Source: a virus
Direction: 5' to 3' (one strand)
DNA: 64,000 nt
IMG/VR virus record: IMGVR_UViG_3300034008_000032
A model generated the notes under the pieces. It saw only the letters and a list, made by a program, of their open reading frames with translations. It was not told the origin of the DNA and did not search any database. Below, one piece after another: positions 26,154 through 35,997 of this stretch (within the stretch, counting starts at the first letter, position 1; each line of letters starts with the position of its first letter). The position numbers and the translations under genes are program-made.

Positions 26154-28514
26154 ATGGCGCTTGCGCGCCACGCCAGCACCCCGGCAGCGGTCAGCAGCAC
26201 CTACGCCACCACGCTGGTAACGGCACAGTTCACCCCGCCGGTCGGGTCGCTGCTCATGTGTGTGTCCGGCTACGACACGCAGAACACCAACCGCATCGAG
26301 ACCGCCACCACTGACGCGGGCAGCACCACCGCCTGGCAGCGGGTGCAGATGCTGGCGGTGACTGGCGGCATGGTCGCCATCGATTGGGCGCGGGTGACGT
26401 CATCGGTGCCCACCCGGGTGCGGTCAACGTACGACGGCGCGCAGACGCGCTGCGACATGTTCGTGCTGGTCATCACCGGGCAGGCAGCCAACCCACTCGG
26501 CGCGTCGGCTGCGGTGGTGTGCGGGACACAGCAGACCATCAACTGGAACGCCACGCAGGCTGGGTCGAAACTGGTAGCGGTCTACGAGGCATGGGACGCC
26601 GGCCCCATACCGACGTCGTCGGCTATGACCGTACTCGCATCGCATGACCCCGACTCGCTGCCTGAGAGGTACACGTATGCGGCGTGGCTGCAGACCGGGA
26701 CAACACCCACCAGCGGCGGCGCAAACACGGTCACGTTCGCGGGCACAACGGCTGGTGCGCCGTTGGCGTGGGTCGAGGTGGTGCCCAGCACCACAGACTC
26801 GTACGCGGGGTCCGGCGGGCTGTCAGGGGCCGGCGCACTGCAGGGCGTGCGGCGGGTGCCTGGGGCTGGTGGCACGTCCGGCGCCGGCACCGTGTCTGGG
26901 GCGGGTGTGCAGGCGCTGCCCGCGCAGGGTGTGGTGTCCGGGGCTGGTGCGCTGGCTGGCGGTGTCAGGACGCCGTCGCTGCAGACGATGCGTGGGCTGT
27001 CCGGCGTCGGCACCCTGGTGGGCTACGGCGGGTCAACGCTGGAGCAGTACGTGTACCGGCCAGCACCTCCCATTGACCGCACCCATCGGGTGGCGTGGCG
27101 CTACATCGCCCAGAACATGCTCACCAAGCAGTTCCTGAACTGGGAGGTGCCGCTGACCACAGATGGACCCGAGCATGCGCTGTCCGGGCCAGGGTCACTG
27201 AAGGGGACTGTCACCCCAGAAATTGGGCAGATGCTGGACGCAAACACCGGCGAGCCGATTCTGCAGGAGTGGCAGACAGCCATTTACGCCGAGGCGGACG
27301 GGCAAATCAGGTGGGGTGGGCTGGTCGTCAGGTCCGGCTTCTCTGGGGCGGCGTGGGAGTTGGAATGCGCAGGATTCACCACCTACCCGCACGGCATGCC
27401 GTACACCGGCCCGTACTGGGCGCGCATCAACTACGACCCCATCCAAATCTTCTACGCCATCTGGCAGCACCTGCAGACGCAGCCCGACGGGAACATCGGC
27501 ATGGAGTATGTGCTGCCGAACGACTGCCCTGTGCGGGTGGGGACTCCGGCTGCGGGCGGCTACCACGAGTACCAGTTCGGGGGCGCATGGTACAACGCAG
27601 CCACCGCCCCGGGGCCCATCTACAATGCTGCCGTGTCGGCGCTGGCGCTGCCTATGACCGCCACGCAGACCAACCTCACGGTGCGGGCGTTGCAGAACTT
27701 CGGCAAGCCGCCGCTGCCGTTCACGGTCCGCATCGGCTCTGAGGACCTGTCCGTGACCGCCCGCTCTGGGCTGAAGTTCACGGTGGTCCGCGGGCTGGGT
27801 GCTACCAACCCGGCCGCGCACGCGGCCGGCACCGAAGTGAACTACACCGGCACACCAGTGCGGGACGTGGACCCCATCGAGGCCGAGCCGTATGTTCTGG
27901 CGTGGTGGGAGACCACAGACTGCGGACAGGAAATTGACAAACTGGCGCAGGAAACCCCGTTCGATTACAGCGAGGAGCACTGGTGGGACGGGGCGACCAT
28001 CCGGCATCGGGTGCGCGTGGACTACCCGCGCTTGGGGCGGCGCCGTACAGACCTGGCGTTCATCCAAGGGGACAACATCACCAGCGTGGTGCCGGTCACT
28101 CGTGACGGGGACGCGTTCGCCAACACCGTGCTGGGCATCGGCAAGGGAGAGGGCGCGCAGTCACTGCGCAGCGAGGTCGCGCACCGCGACGGGCGGGTCC
28201 GCCGGGTGGCGGTGTACACAGACAAGGCGGCCGGCACCAGCGCCCGCCTGACCTCCCTCACTCGCAGCGAATGGGGGCGGCGGCAACTACTGCCCGAAAT
28301 CTCCAGCATTGACGTGATGGACCACCCGCACGCCCGGATAGGCTCATGGAACCTGGGGGACGACATCCTGGTGCGCGCTGACCTGCCGTGGATTGGCTGG
28401 ACCGAGGTGTGGTGCCGCATCGTGGGTTGGCAGCAGCAGGGCGAGGCCAAGGCCACGCTGACGCTGCGGCGCTCGGACTCCTTCTCCTACGGACAGGCGG
28501 CGCAGACCACATGA
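26154..28514 (+). CDS. baseplate hub/Tal-like protein with an N-terminal beta-rich domain and Gly repeats
   Basis: LSGPGSLKGTV, IRWGGLV, RRRTDLAFIQGDNI, ANTVLGIGKGEG, HARIGSWNLGDDI. Confidence 0.75.
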   Translation: MALARHASTPAAVSSTYATTLVTAQFTPPVGSLLMCVSGYDTQNTNRIETATTDAGSTTAWQRVQMLAVTGGMVAIDWARVTSSVPTRVRSTYDGAQTRCDMFVLVITGQAANPLGASAAVVCGTQQTINWNATQAGSKLVAVYEAWDAGPIPTSSAMTVLASHDPDSLPERYTYAAWLQTGTTPTSGGANTVTFAGTTAGAPLAWVEVVPSTTDSYAGSGGLSGAGALQGVRRVPGAGGTSGAGTVSGAGVQALPAQGVVSGAGALAGGVRTPSLQTMRGLSGVGTLVGYGGSTLEQYVYRPAPPIDRTHRVAWRYIAQNMLTKQFLNWEVPLTTDGPEHALSGPGSLKGTVTPEIGQMLDANTGEPILQEWQTAIYAEADGQIRWGGLVVRSGFSGAAWELECAGFTTYPHGMPYTGPYWARINYDPIQIFYAIWQHLQTQPDGNIGMEYVLPNDCPVRVGTPAAGGYHEYQFGGAWYNAATAPGPIYNAAVSALALPMTATQTNLTVRALQNFGKPPLPFTVRIGSEDLSVTARSGLKFTVVRGLGATNPAAHAAGTEVNYTGTPVRDVDPIEAEPYVLAWWETTDCGQEIDKLAQETPFDYSEEHWWDGATIRHRVRVDYPRLGRRRTDLAFIQGDNITSVVPVTRDGDAFANTVLGIGKGEGAQSLRSEVAHRDGRVRRVAVYTDKAAGTSARLTSLTRSEWGRRQLLPEISSIDVMDHPHARIGSWNLGDDILVRADLPWIGWTEVWCRIVGWQQQGEAKATLTLRRSDSFSYGQAAQTT

Positions 28515-30970
28515 GCACATCCGAAGTTGAGGCGTTGGCGCGGACGGTAGCGGACCTGCAGCGCAGGCTGGCGGCCATGGAACGGTCACCGCAGTTGGAG
28601 CGGTCGTCAGTGCAGGACGACGCAGGCGGCACGTACGGGGTGCGGGCCGGCATCATCAACGGTGCGCAGGCTGCGTCGAATGCTGCAGCCGCGCTGCAGG
28701 GGCTGGTGGATGTGCAGGCGCGCACGGACGGCAAGGTGACCGTCTTCTACACGCAGACCGCACCCACCGAGGAGGAGCACAACCCCGAGTACAACGACCA
28801 GTGGCTAGTCACCGGCGGCGGCACCAATTACCTGGGCACCCTGTACGCGGAGGGGACGCTGCTGCGCTACGACGGGGACACGTGGCTGGTGTCACAGGAC
28901 GCCGGCACCGCGGCGGCTGCGTTGGCCGCAGCCCAGAACGCGCAGGACACCGCGGACGGCAAGATTGAGACGTACTGGGCTATGGCAGACCCTGCCCCCG
29001 GCATCCCGGGCGGTCCACGCTCGGGGGACCTGTGGTATCAGGTGGACCCCAACCCGGCCAGCAATGCTGTGCTGGCGGTGTGGCGGTGGGACCTGTCGTT
29101 GGCTGGGTGGCGTGCGCTGCCGTTGGCTGGTGCGGCCATTGCGGTGGGTGGGGTGTCCGCTGACCGGCTGTCGCTGGGGGTGACCACCAACCTGGTGCAG
29201 GACCCTGCGTTCCTGGGCCCCATGTGGGTGCCGCCGCTGCGCACCACCGCACCGCTGGGTGTGTCGGACTGGCTGCCGCCGGCGCCTGACGAGGCGTTCC
29301 CGGACAGCAACTACCTGCGCGCGCAGAACCGGACACCTGGCGCGTACGGCAGTGTGTCTGCTGACTCCACCTGGCGACTGACGCCACGCATCCCGGTGGA
29401 CGCCGGCCGCACTGTGCGCTGCGCTGTCCTGTGGCGCTGCGACGCAGCAGCCATCACCGGAGCCATCCTGCCCAGCGGCACCACCCCCACCCTGGCCCGG
29501 GTCCGTGTCTACTTCTACAGGTCTGGCACCGCAGACGACGGGCCCGCGCTGTCCGGCACAGACCAATTGGGGCAGGTGGTGATAGGCACCGCCACCGCCG
29601 GGGTGTACGGCACGTGGATACCACTAGAGGCCAACTTTACGGTGCCCGAGGGGTACACCAGCGTGGTGTTCGCAGTGCAGACCACGTACCAGACCGCAGG
29701 CAACATCGACTTCATCAAACCGGAGATGCAGGTGCTGTGGGACCGCATGCGGTCCGGGGACTACCGCGACGGCCAGGCAGGGTGGGGCTTCGATTCGTCC
29801 ACGTCACAGGTGCAGGGAATGAACGTCCTAGAGACGTTGGGCGCCCGTCTGGTGGCCGGGGAGCAATTCAATGTCGGCGGATACGACTTGGTAAAGGACA
29901 TTCTCGGTCCACTGCCCCGCGGAATTGTGGCCTACGACATTTCCACAACTGGATTCAATACCGGCGACGCTATAACAGTCGGCACCGAATATAAGGTGTT
30001 TGAATTTGCGGCCACTAACCTGGGCGGTGGCCGACTGTACCGCATTGTGTGCATGGGTCATTTCGAGTCGTTGGCCGGTGACGTGTTCGATCTACGCATC
30101 AGGCACACCGTGGACGGGTCAGTGCCCACCACCTCCTCCACCATTATGCGGAACCATCGCATCCGCATAGGCGACACCCCAGCAAGCATCGCCTTCCAAT
30201 TCGAGAAGGTGTTCTCGTTTGTCCTGCAATACCCCAACGTGCGGTTCGCTATCTGCTTTGCGCGGGTGGGCGGACCTAGCCCCACCGGCACCGGGTCAGG
30301 TCACATCTACGGGACGGGGCAGCAGACCACCGCAGACCGCGCCTTCGTCGTCTACGTGGAGGATGTGGGACTGTACGCAGGCGCCGCTGACGCTGGCACC
30401 CTCAGCCAGAAGAGTGTGCAGGCCGGCGGCACCGTCCAGCCGGACCCGGTGAACACGTACACCGGCGAGTGGGCCGCCACATGGTCACGCTCCTATGACG
30501 AGGGACTGGCTACCCGTGAGGGGGTGGACACGTCTGACCTGTACCAGGGGTACGAGGACACCGCGCACGGACACACCCGAAGTCTTTTCGGATTCAACTA
30601 CGCCGACATCCAAGCCAAGTTGGCTGGGGCCACCATCAAGGCAGTCACCCTGACCTACCGGGTGCGCCACGCCCGACTGTCGCAGGGCGCAGCCATTCGG
30701 CTGTGCAGCCACAACTACACCACCAAGCCGGCATCGTGGGCTGCAGCGAGCGTGATACAGGGACGCATGACGTTCGCCAGCCAGCAGGAGGGCGTGCCGT
30801 ACCGGCAGGCGTTGCCCGTGGCCATCGGAAACGAGTTGAAGGCCGGCACCACCCGCGGGCTGGGGTTCGGGCCGGTGTCTGTGGACAGCGCCGCGTCGGC
30901 CAACTTCTGCTTCCTGTACGGCGCCGGCAGCCAATCCGCACCGAAACTCATCATCCAGTACACCCGCTGA
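28511..30970 (+). CDS. minor tail / receptor-binding protein
   Basis: Coiled-coil N-terminus, DGKVTVF/DGKIETY repeats, CBM-like middle, C-terminal ATWSRSY...LYQG...IQAKLAGATI domain. Confidence 0.75.
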   Translation: MSTSEVEALARTVADLQRRLAAMERSPQLERSSVQDDAGGTYGVRAGIINGAQAASNAAAALQGLVDVQARTDGKVTVFYTQTAPTEEEHNPEYNDQWLVTGGGTNYLGTLYAEGTLLRYDGDTWLVSQDAGTAAAALAAAQNAQDTADGKIETYWAMADPAPGIPGGPRSGDLWYQVDPNPASNAVLAVWRWDLSLAGWRALPLAGAAIAVGGVSADRLSLGVTTNLVQDPAFLGPMWVPPLRTTAPLGVSDWLPPAPDEAFPDSNYLRAQNRTPGAYGSVSADSTWRLTPRIPVDAGRTVRCAVLWRCDAAAITGAILPSGTTPTLARVRVYFYRSGTADDGPALSGTDQLGQVVIGTATAGVYGTWIPLEANFTVPEGYTSVVFAVQTTYQTAGNIDFIKPEMQVLWDRMRSGDYRDGQAGWGFDSSTSQVQGMNVLETLGARLVAGEQFNVGGYDLVKDILGPLPRGIVAYDISTTGFNTGDAITVGTEYKVFEFAATNLGGGRLYRIVCMGHFESLAGDVFDLRIRHTVDGSVPTTSSTIMRNHRIRIGDTPASIAFQFEKVFSFVLQYPNVRFAICFARVGGPSPTGTGSGHIYGTGQQTTADRAFVVYVEDVGLYAGAADAGTLSQKSVQAGGTVQPDPVNTYTGEWAATWSRSYDEGLATREGVDTSDLYQGYEDTAHGHTRSLFGFNYADIQAKLAGATIKAVTLTYRVRHARLSQGAAIRLCSHNYTTKPASWAAASVIQGRMTFASQQEGVPYRQALPVAIGNELKAGTTRGLGFGPVSVDSAASANFCFLYGAGSQSAPKLIIQYTR

Positions 30971-31074
30971 CAGACCCACAAGGGCTGGCATTACACTGGC
31001 TGTGGAAAACCCCGCCAGCCAGGCACACACAACACCCGTCCCCTGCACACATGAGGGAGGGGGAGGAGTTACAT

Positions 31075-31287
31075 ATGGCAGGCATTTTGTGGTCACAGCA
31101 GGAAAAACTGGCTGGGGCCGTTGCGGCGTTGCAGGAGTGGACGGACAGGGCGCAGGCGGTGGGTGTGCGGGTGACCCAGTTGAACCTGACCCTGCTGGAC
31201 GCTGACAACCCGGAGCGCAGTTCGTACGTCATCTTCGAGTGGGATGAGGCTGCCGGCGAGTACGCATTCCGCACTGCGGGCGACTGA
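31075..31287 (+). CDS. hypothetical protein
   Basis: GGAGGAG SD. Confidence 0.65.
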   Translation: MAGILWSQQEKLAGAVAALQEWTDRAQAVGVRVTQLNLTLLDADNPERSSYVIFEWDEAAGEYAFRTAGD

Positions 31288-31290
31288 CCT

Positions 31291-31602
31291 GTGGACGAGG
31301 TGTTCCTGTGGCTGCAGGGCGGCGGCGGGACGTTAGGCGCCGCGTCTCTGGTGGGCATATTCATCATCTTGGTGTTCACTGGCCGCATTGTCCCTAATTC
31401 GACTGTGATGAAGATGCTGGAATTCAGAGAGCAGCAGATACGTGATTGGAGGGATGCATACCTGAAGTCCGAAGAGGCCAGGGGTGTGCAGGATAAGCAG
31501 GTGCAGGAACTGTTAGAGCATTCCCGAACCACAGTCAGGGTACTGGAATCCCTGCAGCGCACGACAACCCCGAACAGGAGCGACGCAGGCCATGCTCCGT
31601 AA
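31291..31602 (+). CDS. membrane protein (holin-like)
   Basis: One TM helix followed by a coiled coil; lysis-cassette position. Confidence 0.65.
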   Translation: MDEVFLWLQGGGGTLGAASLVGIFIILVFTGRIVPNSTVMKMLEFREQQIRDWRDAYLKSEEARGVQDKQVQELLEHSRTTVRVLESLQRTTTPNRSDAGHAP

Positions 31603-31825
31603 CCTTGTCAGGTGGTGGCAGATGCGGTACAGGTCACAGTTCGCCCCGAACCCGGACGCGATAGCCGAGGCGTCTGCTGCTGCCGTGGCGGCCACGCAGG
31701 CGCTGGCGCAGGTGCAGGCACAGGGCATGGAAGTCACCAAAGTCAGCAAGGAGTTGCGCGGGTATCGTGAACGTAACGGGTTTGCGGAATTGCTAAACGA
31801 CTCAATGCGCAGGAGACACAAGTGA
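31592..31825 (+). CDS. small lysis-cassette protein
   Basis: LRGYRERNGFAELL motif; overlapping neighbours. Confidence 0.65.
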   Translation: MLRNLVRWWQMRYRSQFAPNPDAIAEASAAAVAATQALAQVQAQGMEVTKVSKELRGYRERNGFAELLNDSMRRRHK

Positions 31826-32235
31826 ATTTTAACGACTACAACGACTGGGCCACGGTGATGATTGCCTTGGGCTGGCCTGTGCTTACCATATTCATCCTGC
31901 TGTACGGCCTCCGTTCACCGTGGCGGTCCACTGCCGCCGGCAGGGCGCTCATGCAACTGGCTGTGGCGCTGTGGCTGCTGTACGCACTGGGTGCAGCCAA
32001 CGCAGCCTGGGGCAACGACTGGCCGTACCGGGGGGTGCTGCGGGCAATCGTTTTCACCACCACCACCGCATCGTTTGTGCGGCTGCTGGTGCTGCTGGTA
32101 CGCATTCAGCGGAGGCCGGCGATAGAGGAGAGTCTGCCACCAGAGGACGGGCGCGGGGTGCTCAAGGAGTACCCGCACCCGCCTGACCCGGACGAGGCTG
32201 TGCTAGGGGTGGCACCCTTGAACAAGCAGGACTGA
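31822..32235 (+). CDS. three-TM membrane protein (holin-like)
   Basis: YGLRSPWRSTAAGRALM...WPYRGVLRAIVF. Confidence 0.7.
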   Translation: MNFNDYNDWATVMIALGWPVLTIFILLYGLRSPWRSTAAGRALMQLAVALWLLYALGAANAAWGNDWPYRGVLRAIVFTTTTASFVRLLVLLVRIQRRPAIEESLPPEDGRGVLKEYPHPPDPDEAVLGVAPLNKQD

Positions 32236-32258
32236 CACCTACTACAGGAGACACTGAT

Positions 32259-33368
32259 ATGGCAACCACTGTGGCGCCTGACGCCCTGTACGACATCTAC
32301 GAGTTGATCGACCCCTACTTCGACACCATGAAGGTCGGCGGGGTGGTGGGCGACGCCAAGCACGGGTCCGGCTACCACCTGTCCCGGGCACGACTGTTGG
32401 AGCGCGGGCTGACCCGGGACTACAGCATCCAGTGCCCCGCCGACAAGCGCGGCCCCAGCAACGCGGCGTGCGGCATCGACATCACGTTCGGGCGGCTGTC
32501 TGAGTTGGTGACTGTGCACCGCCGCCTGAAGGTGGCGTGCGAGAACAAGGACCCGCGCATAGCCCCCGTGCGGGAGACCATCGGCACCCTGGACGGCAAG
32601 AACGTGTCCGGCTACAACAGGGTGGCCACCGGCACCGGCAGCCGGTCCCGCGTCGGCTGGCACCCCGACGACTGGTCGAACGACTCGCACCTGTGGCACG
32701 AGCATGTGTCGGTGCTGCGGGACTACTGCGATGACCGCAACATGATGCGCGGGCTGGCAGAGGTCATCGCCGGCGTCCCCCGCGGCAAGTTCGGCTGGAA
32801 GGGCGACGTGGACAAGACGGACAGCAAGCCGGACGTGACCCCCACCTACCTGGGCCCGTACTGGACCACCCGGGAGACGTTGGCGGTGCACCCCACCAAG
32901 GGCGACATTCCCCGCCCCCGCGGGTTCGCGGTTACCACCGGCAAGACGATCTCCAACTCAGACCCCAAGGCGCCTGTCCTCATCACCGAGGCCGGCTACC
33001 GATACCGGCTGGCGGACCTCAGCAAGACCAAGCCGCTGCCCCTCATTTCGCTGCGGGCTGTGGTGGCCGCGCTGAAGACCGGCTCCGCACTCGAGGTTGG
33101 TGTGGACGGCGAGCAGATTCAGATCATGGCGAACCGGGCGCACCAGCGGTCCAGCACCAACTACGTCATCGAGGACGTGAACGGGGTGTTGGGTCATGAC
33201 ACCCGCCGGTCCCTGGCGCTGCTGCAAATGGACCTGTGCAACAAGGCGGGCTCGCGGTTGACGAAGGACGACTGCTGGCCGAACAAGGGGCACCACCCGG
33301 ACTGCGACGGGCTGCCCGGCCCTGAGTTGTTCAGGTCCATGGGCATCGACAACTCAGACGACAACTAG
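32259..33368 (+). CDS. endolysin (probable M15-fold Zn peptidase plus cell-wall-binding C-terminus)
   Basis: GYH...DYS...AACGIDI...SHLWHEHVS; C-terminal LALLQ...DGLPGP; flanked by holin-like genes. Confidence 0.7.
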   Translation: MATTVAPDALYDIYELIDPYFDTMKVGGVVGDAKHGSGYHLSRARLLERGLTRDYSIQCPADKRGPSNAACGIDITFGRLSELVTVHRRLKVACENKDPRIAPVRETIGTLDGKNVSGYNRVATGTGSRSRVGWHPDDWSNDSHLWHEHVSVLRDYCDDRNMMRGLAEVIAGVPRGKFGWKGDVDKTDSKPDVTPTYLGPYWTTRETLAVHPTKGDIPRPRGFAVTTGKTISNSDPKAPVLITEAGYRYRLADLSKTKPLPLISLRAVVAALKTGSALEVGVDGEQIQIMANRAHQRSSTNYVIEDVNGVLGHDTRRSLALLQMDLCNKAGSRLTKDDCWPNKGHHPDCDGLPGPELFRSMGIDNSDDN

Positions 33369-33376
33369 GGGCTGCT

Positions 33377-34138
33377 GTGCCTGCCACACCGTCCCCGTTC
33401 TGGTACTGGGGCTCGGTCACCCCCATCGAGCGCGCCGGGTTTCCGCAACAGATCGCGTTCGCTGGACCCCGGGACCTGTACATGTCGCAGGCCATCAACC
33501 GGCCCGACGACGAGTACGAGGACATGGTGATTACGCGCTTCTTCGACTTGAAGCCGTTGTCAACCATGCGGGGCATGTGGGGGCACGGCTACCCGATGAA
33601 CGTGCGGTCGGTGGGGCGCGGGGTGGCGCTCATCACGTTCAAAAACAACACGCCCGCCGGCCCGCAGTGGGTGGAGATTCCGTACGTGGCGGACCATGTG
33701 TGGACTGACCGCTGGCTGAACTGGCACCGCACTGTAGCGCCGCCGGTTCACCCGCCGCAGCCGCAGCCGTACTGGTGCCAGGGTCGGGTGCTGTACAAGG
33801 GCTGCGTGTACGAGTTGTTTGGTGGCCCGTTCGAGGATGACGGTATGACGCACCCTGACAGCGGGCCGGTGTCGCTGCGGGTGTGGCGGGACGGTGTGCT
33901 GCTGCACACTATCGACGCCAGCATGCTGGGCCGGGTGGGTCAGAACGTTGACGGGCTGCCCGTCAACGGCCGGCTGGAGCCTGAGGGGCTGGCCCTGACC
34001 ACCGCCCCGGACGGGCTGCCGTGCCTGGTGCTGAACATTGCCTGCGGTAAGGGCTGGGACGGCCAGGACACCCTAATCTGCTACCTGTACTACTACCCCC
34101 TAGAGACAGCGGCAGCCGCCGCCATCCGGGCCAAGTGA
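33377..34138 (+). CDS. hypothetical protein, possible TagC-like beta-propeller
   Basis: QQIAF...LYMSQ...M...GHG...EPEGLA pattern. Confidence 0.5.
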   Translation: MPATPSPFWYWGSVTPIERAGFPQQIAFAGPRDLYMSQAINRPDDEYEDMVITRFFDLKPLSTMRGMWGHGYPMNVRSVGRGVALITFKNNTPAGPQWVEIPYVADHVWTDRWLNWHRTVAPPVHPPQPQPYWCQGRVLYKGCVYELFGGPFEDDGMTHPDSGPVSLRVWRDGVLLHTIDASMLGRVGQNVDGLPVNGRLEPEGLALTTAPDGLPCLVLNIACGKGWDGQDTLICYLYYYPLETAAAAAIRAK

Positions 34139-34151
34139 AGGGCGGGACACC

Positions 34152-34439
34152 ATGGGTCAGAGGATCACGCTGAACGGTGCGCGGCGGGTCACCCGTACTG
34201 TGTTTGCGGCCATTGTGGGGGTGGCGGCCATGCTGCCGCTCATCTACTCTGCTGCCGCGCAGGGGGACCCAGCCGAGGCCACCGGGTGGGCTGCTGTGCT
34301 GCTGGGCATTGCCGGGGCCATCACCCGGGTCATGGCGGTGCCGGCTGTGGAGTTGTGGCTGCAGCGGTTCCTGCCGTTCCTGGCCGCGAAGCCGGACACC
34401 GAGGGCACCGCTGCCGTGGTGGAGCCGTACGAGCGGTAG
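34152..34439 (+). CDS. holin
   Basis: RTVFAAIVGVAAMLP...GAITRVMAVPAVELWL, actinophage holin pattern. Confidence 0.75.
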   Translation: MGQRITLNGARRVTRTVFAAIVGVAAMLPLIYSAAAQGDPAEATGWAAVLLGIAGAITRVMAVPAVELWLQRFLPFLAAKPDTEGTAAVVEPYER

Positions 34440-34490
34440 CCTTACATGCAAGCGCTCACCCCAAGCCTGTGCTCGGGTTAGGCACTTTCC

Positions 34491-34520
34491 GGGGCGGCCC
34501 GCATTCGGACGGGCCGCCCC
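34491..34520 (+). terminator. hairpin after the holin
   Basis: GGGGCGGCCCG-cattcgga-CGGGCCGCCCC. Confidence 0.65.
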
Positions 34521-34540
34521 CTCACACACAGGAGGCAGTC

Positions 34541-34750
34541 ATGGTTGTGACTAAGGCCAACAGCGGTGGGTCGCTCGGCGCGCGTCCGCAGTCAGAGACG
34601 GACGCCACCATCGGTGCCCTGACCGGGCAGACCGGCGAGCGCGGCGGGAAGCCGAAGCCCGGCGGCTCCAAGGACGGCAGGCTGGCCGGCAACGAGGGCG
34701 GTAAGGGCAAGACGCTGAAGACGCCCGGTGCCAAGAAGGGCAAGAAGTAG
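34541..34750 (+). CDS. small Gly/Lys-rich basic protein
   Basis: CAGGAGG SD; ends KTLKTPGAKKGKK. Confidence 0.65.
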   Translation: MVVTKANSGGSLGARPQSETDATIGALTGQTGERGGKPKPGGSKDGRLAGNEGGKGKTLKTPGAKKGKK

Positions 34751-34751
34751 C

Positions 34752-35006
34752 GTGGCTGCGGCTGCGGACGTGCTGCACCTGGCGTCGCTGATTGGCCGGA
34801 CTGTGACCGTGACCCGGTATGCCACCGACGAAATCGGTAACAGCATCTATCCGTGGCAGCCGGTGGAGGTGGGTAGCGGGGTGCTGGCGTCTGTGGCTGG
34901 TACCCGCAACGCTGAGGGCGCAGAGACTGTGACGCTGACGTGGGCTGACGGCGGCGTCTACGAGATGACGGACAACATCGGGGCCCTGTCCTTCCGCGTG
35001 GAATAA
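34752..35006 (+). CDS. hypothetical protein
   Basis: ORF track; ends just before the promoter. Confidence 0.6.
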   Translation: MAAAADVLHLASLIGRTVTVTRYATDEIGNSIYPWQPVEVGSGVLASVAGTRNAEGAETVTLTWADGGVYEMTDNIGALSFRVE

Positions 35007-35019
35007 CCCACAAGGGTAC

Positions 35020-35055
35020 TTGCGTGACCGGCTGGCGGCATGCCACAATAGACAC
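35020..35055 (+). promoter_or_regulatory. leaderless promoter/operator element
   Basis: TTGCGT-N15-TGC-CACAAT-AGACAC-ATG(35056). Confidence 0.8.
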
Positions 35056-35517
35056 ATGACCACCGCTACCGCCCCCGCCGAAGTTACCGCCCGCTTCGTC
35101 AAGCCCCGGCTCTGCAGCCGCTGCCGCGGCGAGGGGCTGGTGTCCTCTCGGGTGGTGTACGCCGGCGGGCCTGGCGGCTGCTTCAAGTGCGACGGCTGGG
35201 GCTGGGTCGAGGGCGACCGGGCCACCATCGAAGCAGCGAAGGCCCGCACCGCAGCGATGACCGGCATGATCCGCGACAGCATCTCAGCCCTGGAGGCGGC
35301 CGGTCTGACCCCCCGCTACTCCACCGACCTGTGCTACGGCATCGACCACCTGGCCACTAACGCCCCCGCCCGGTACGAGTCGGCGCTGCAGTCATACCTG
35401 GCCGGTCACCCCGGCCTGGCCCGTGCGCTGTGGGCGTACACCGCCGAAGCCGGCTTCGTGCACTACGGCACCCGCAACCTGACTGCGGCAGAGGCCCTGG
35501 CCCTGCTGACCGACTGA
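35056..35517 (+). CDS. DnaJ-type zinc-finger protein (leaderless)
   Basis: CSRCRGEG...CFKCDGWG. Confidence 0.7.
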   Translation: MTTATAPAEVTARFVKPRLCSRCRGEGLVSSRVVYAGGPGGCFKCDGWGWVEGDRATIEAAKARTAAMTGMIRDSISALEAAGLTPRYSTDLCYGIDHLATNAPARYESALQSYLAGHPGLARALWAYTAEAGFVHYGTRNLTAAEALALLTD

Positions 35518-35531
35518 GAGAGGCGCACGCC

Positions 35532-35702
35532 ATGGAAGAGACTTGGCTAGGACAGATTCTGCGGGACGGGCAGTGGGTGGACTACGCCCGTGGCACCGAG
35601 GACGCGGCGCGGACCTGGCAGGCGGGCAGCCCTACGACCCGCCGGGTGGTGGACTGGATCGACAAAGATCGGGTGCTGGTGCATCCGTCTAACCCACGTT
35701 GA
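35532..35702 (+). CDS. hypothetical protein
   Basis: GAGAGG SD. Confidence 0.6.
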   Translation: MEETWLGQILRDGQWVDYARGTEDAARTWQAGSPTTRRVVDWIDKDRVLVHPSNPR

Positions 35703-35734
35703 CCATGCCACATGCGGCATGCCATAATTGGCGT
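35699..35734 (+). promoter_or_regulatory. leaderless promoter/operator of the XRE gene
   Basis: TTGACC-atgccacatgcggca-TGC-CATAAT-TGGCGT-ATG(35735). Confidence 0.8.
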
Positions 35735-35980
35735 ATGTCTACTTCAACCATCACCAATCTGGCGGATCTGGTACGCACCAGACGCCAAGCGAAGGGTCTG
35801 TCCATCCGTGAACTCGGGCAGCAGACCGGCACCTCCATGTCGTCCATGAATCGTCTGGAGTTGCAGAACATCGTGCCCCTGGCGCCGTCCATCTTCCGCA
35901 TCGCGGACGTGCTGGACATCGACCTGGAGACGCTGAAGACGCTCGTGTTGCAGTGCGCCAACGCCGGCAAGACCGGCTGA
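35735..35980 (+). CDS. XRE-family HTH transcriptional regulator
   Basis: LVRTRRQAKGLSIRELGQQTGTSMSSMNRLE...RIADVLDI. Confidence 0.88.
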   Translation: MSTSTITNLADLVRTRRQAKGLSIRELGQQTGTSMSSMNRLELQNIVPLAPSIFRIADVLDIDLETLKTLVLQCANAGKTG

Positions 35981-35997
35981 GGAAACTGTCACAGCGC

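Noticed and set aside
30971-31074. Possible tRNA or ncRNA in the AT-richer intergenic gap
   Set aside because: Only a weak hairpin; no cloverleaf, T-loop or CCA
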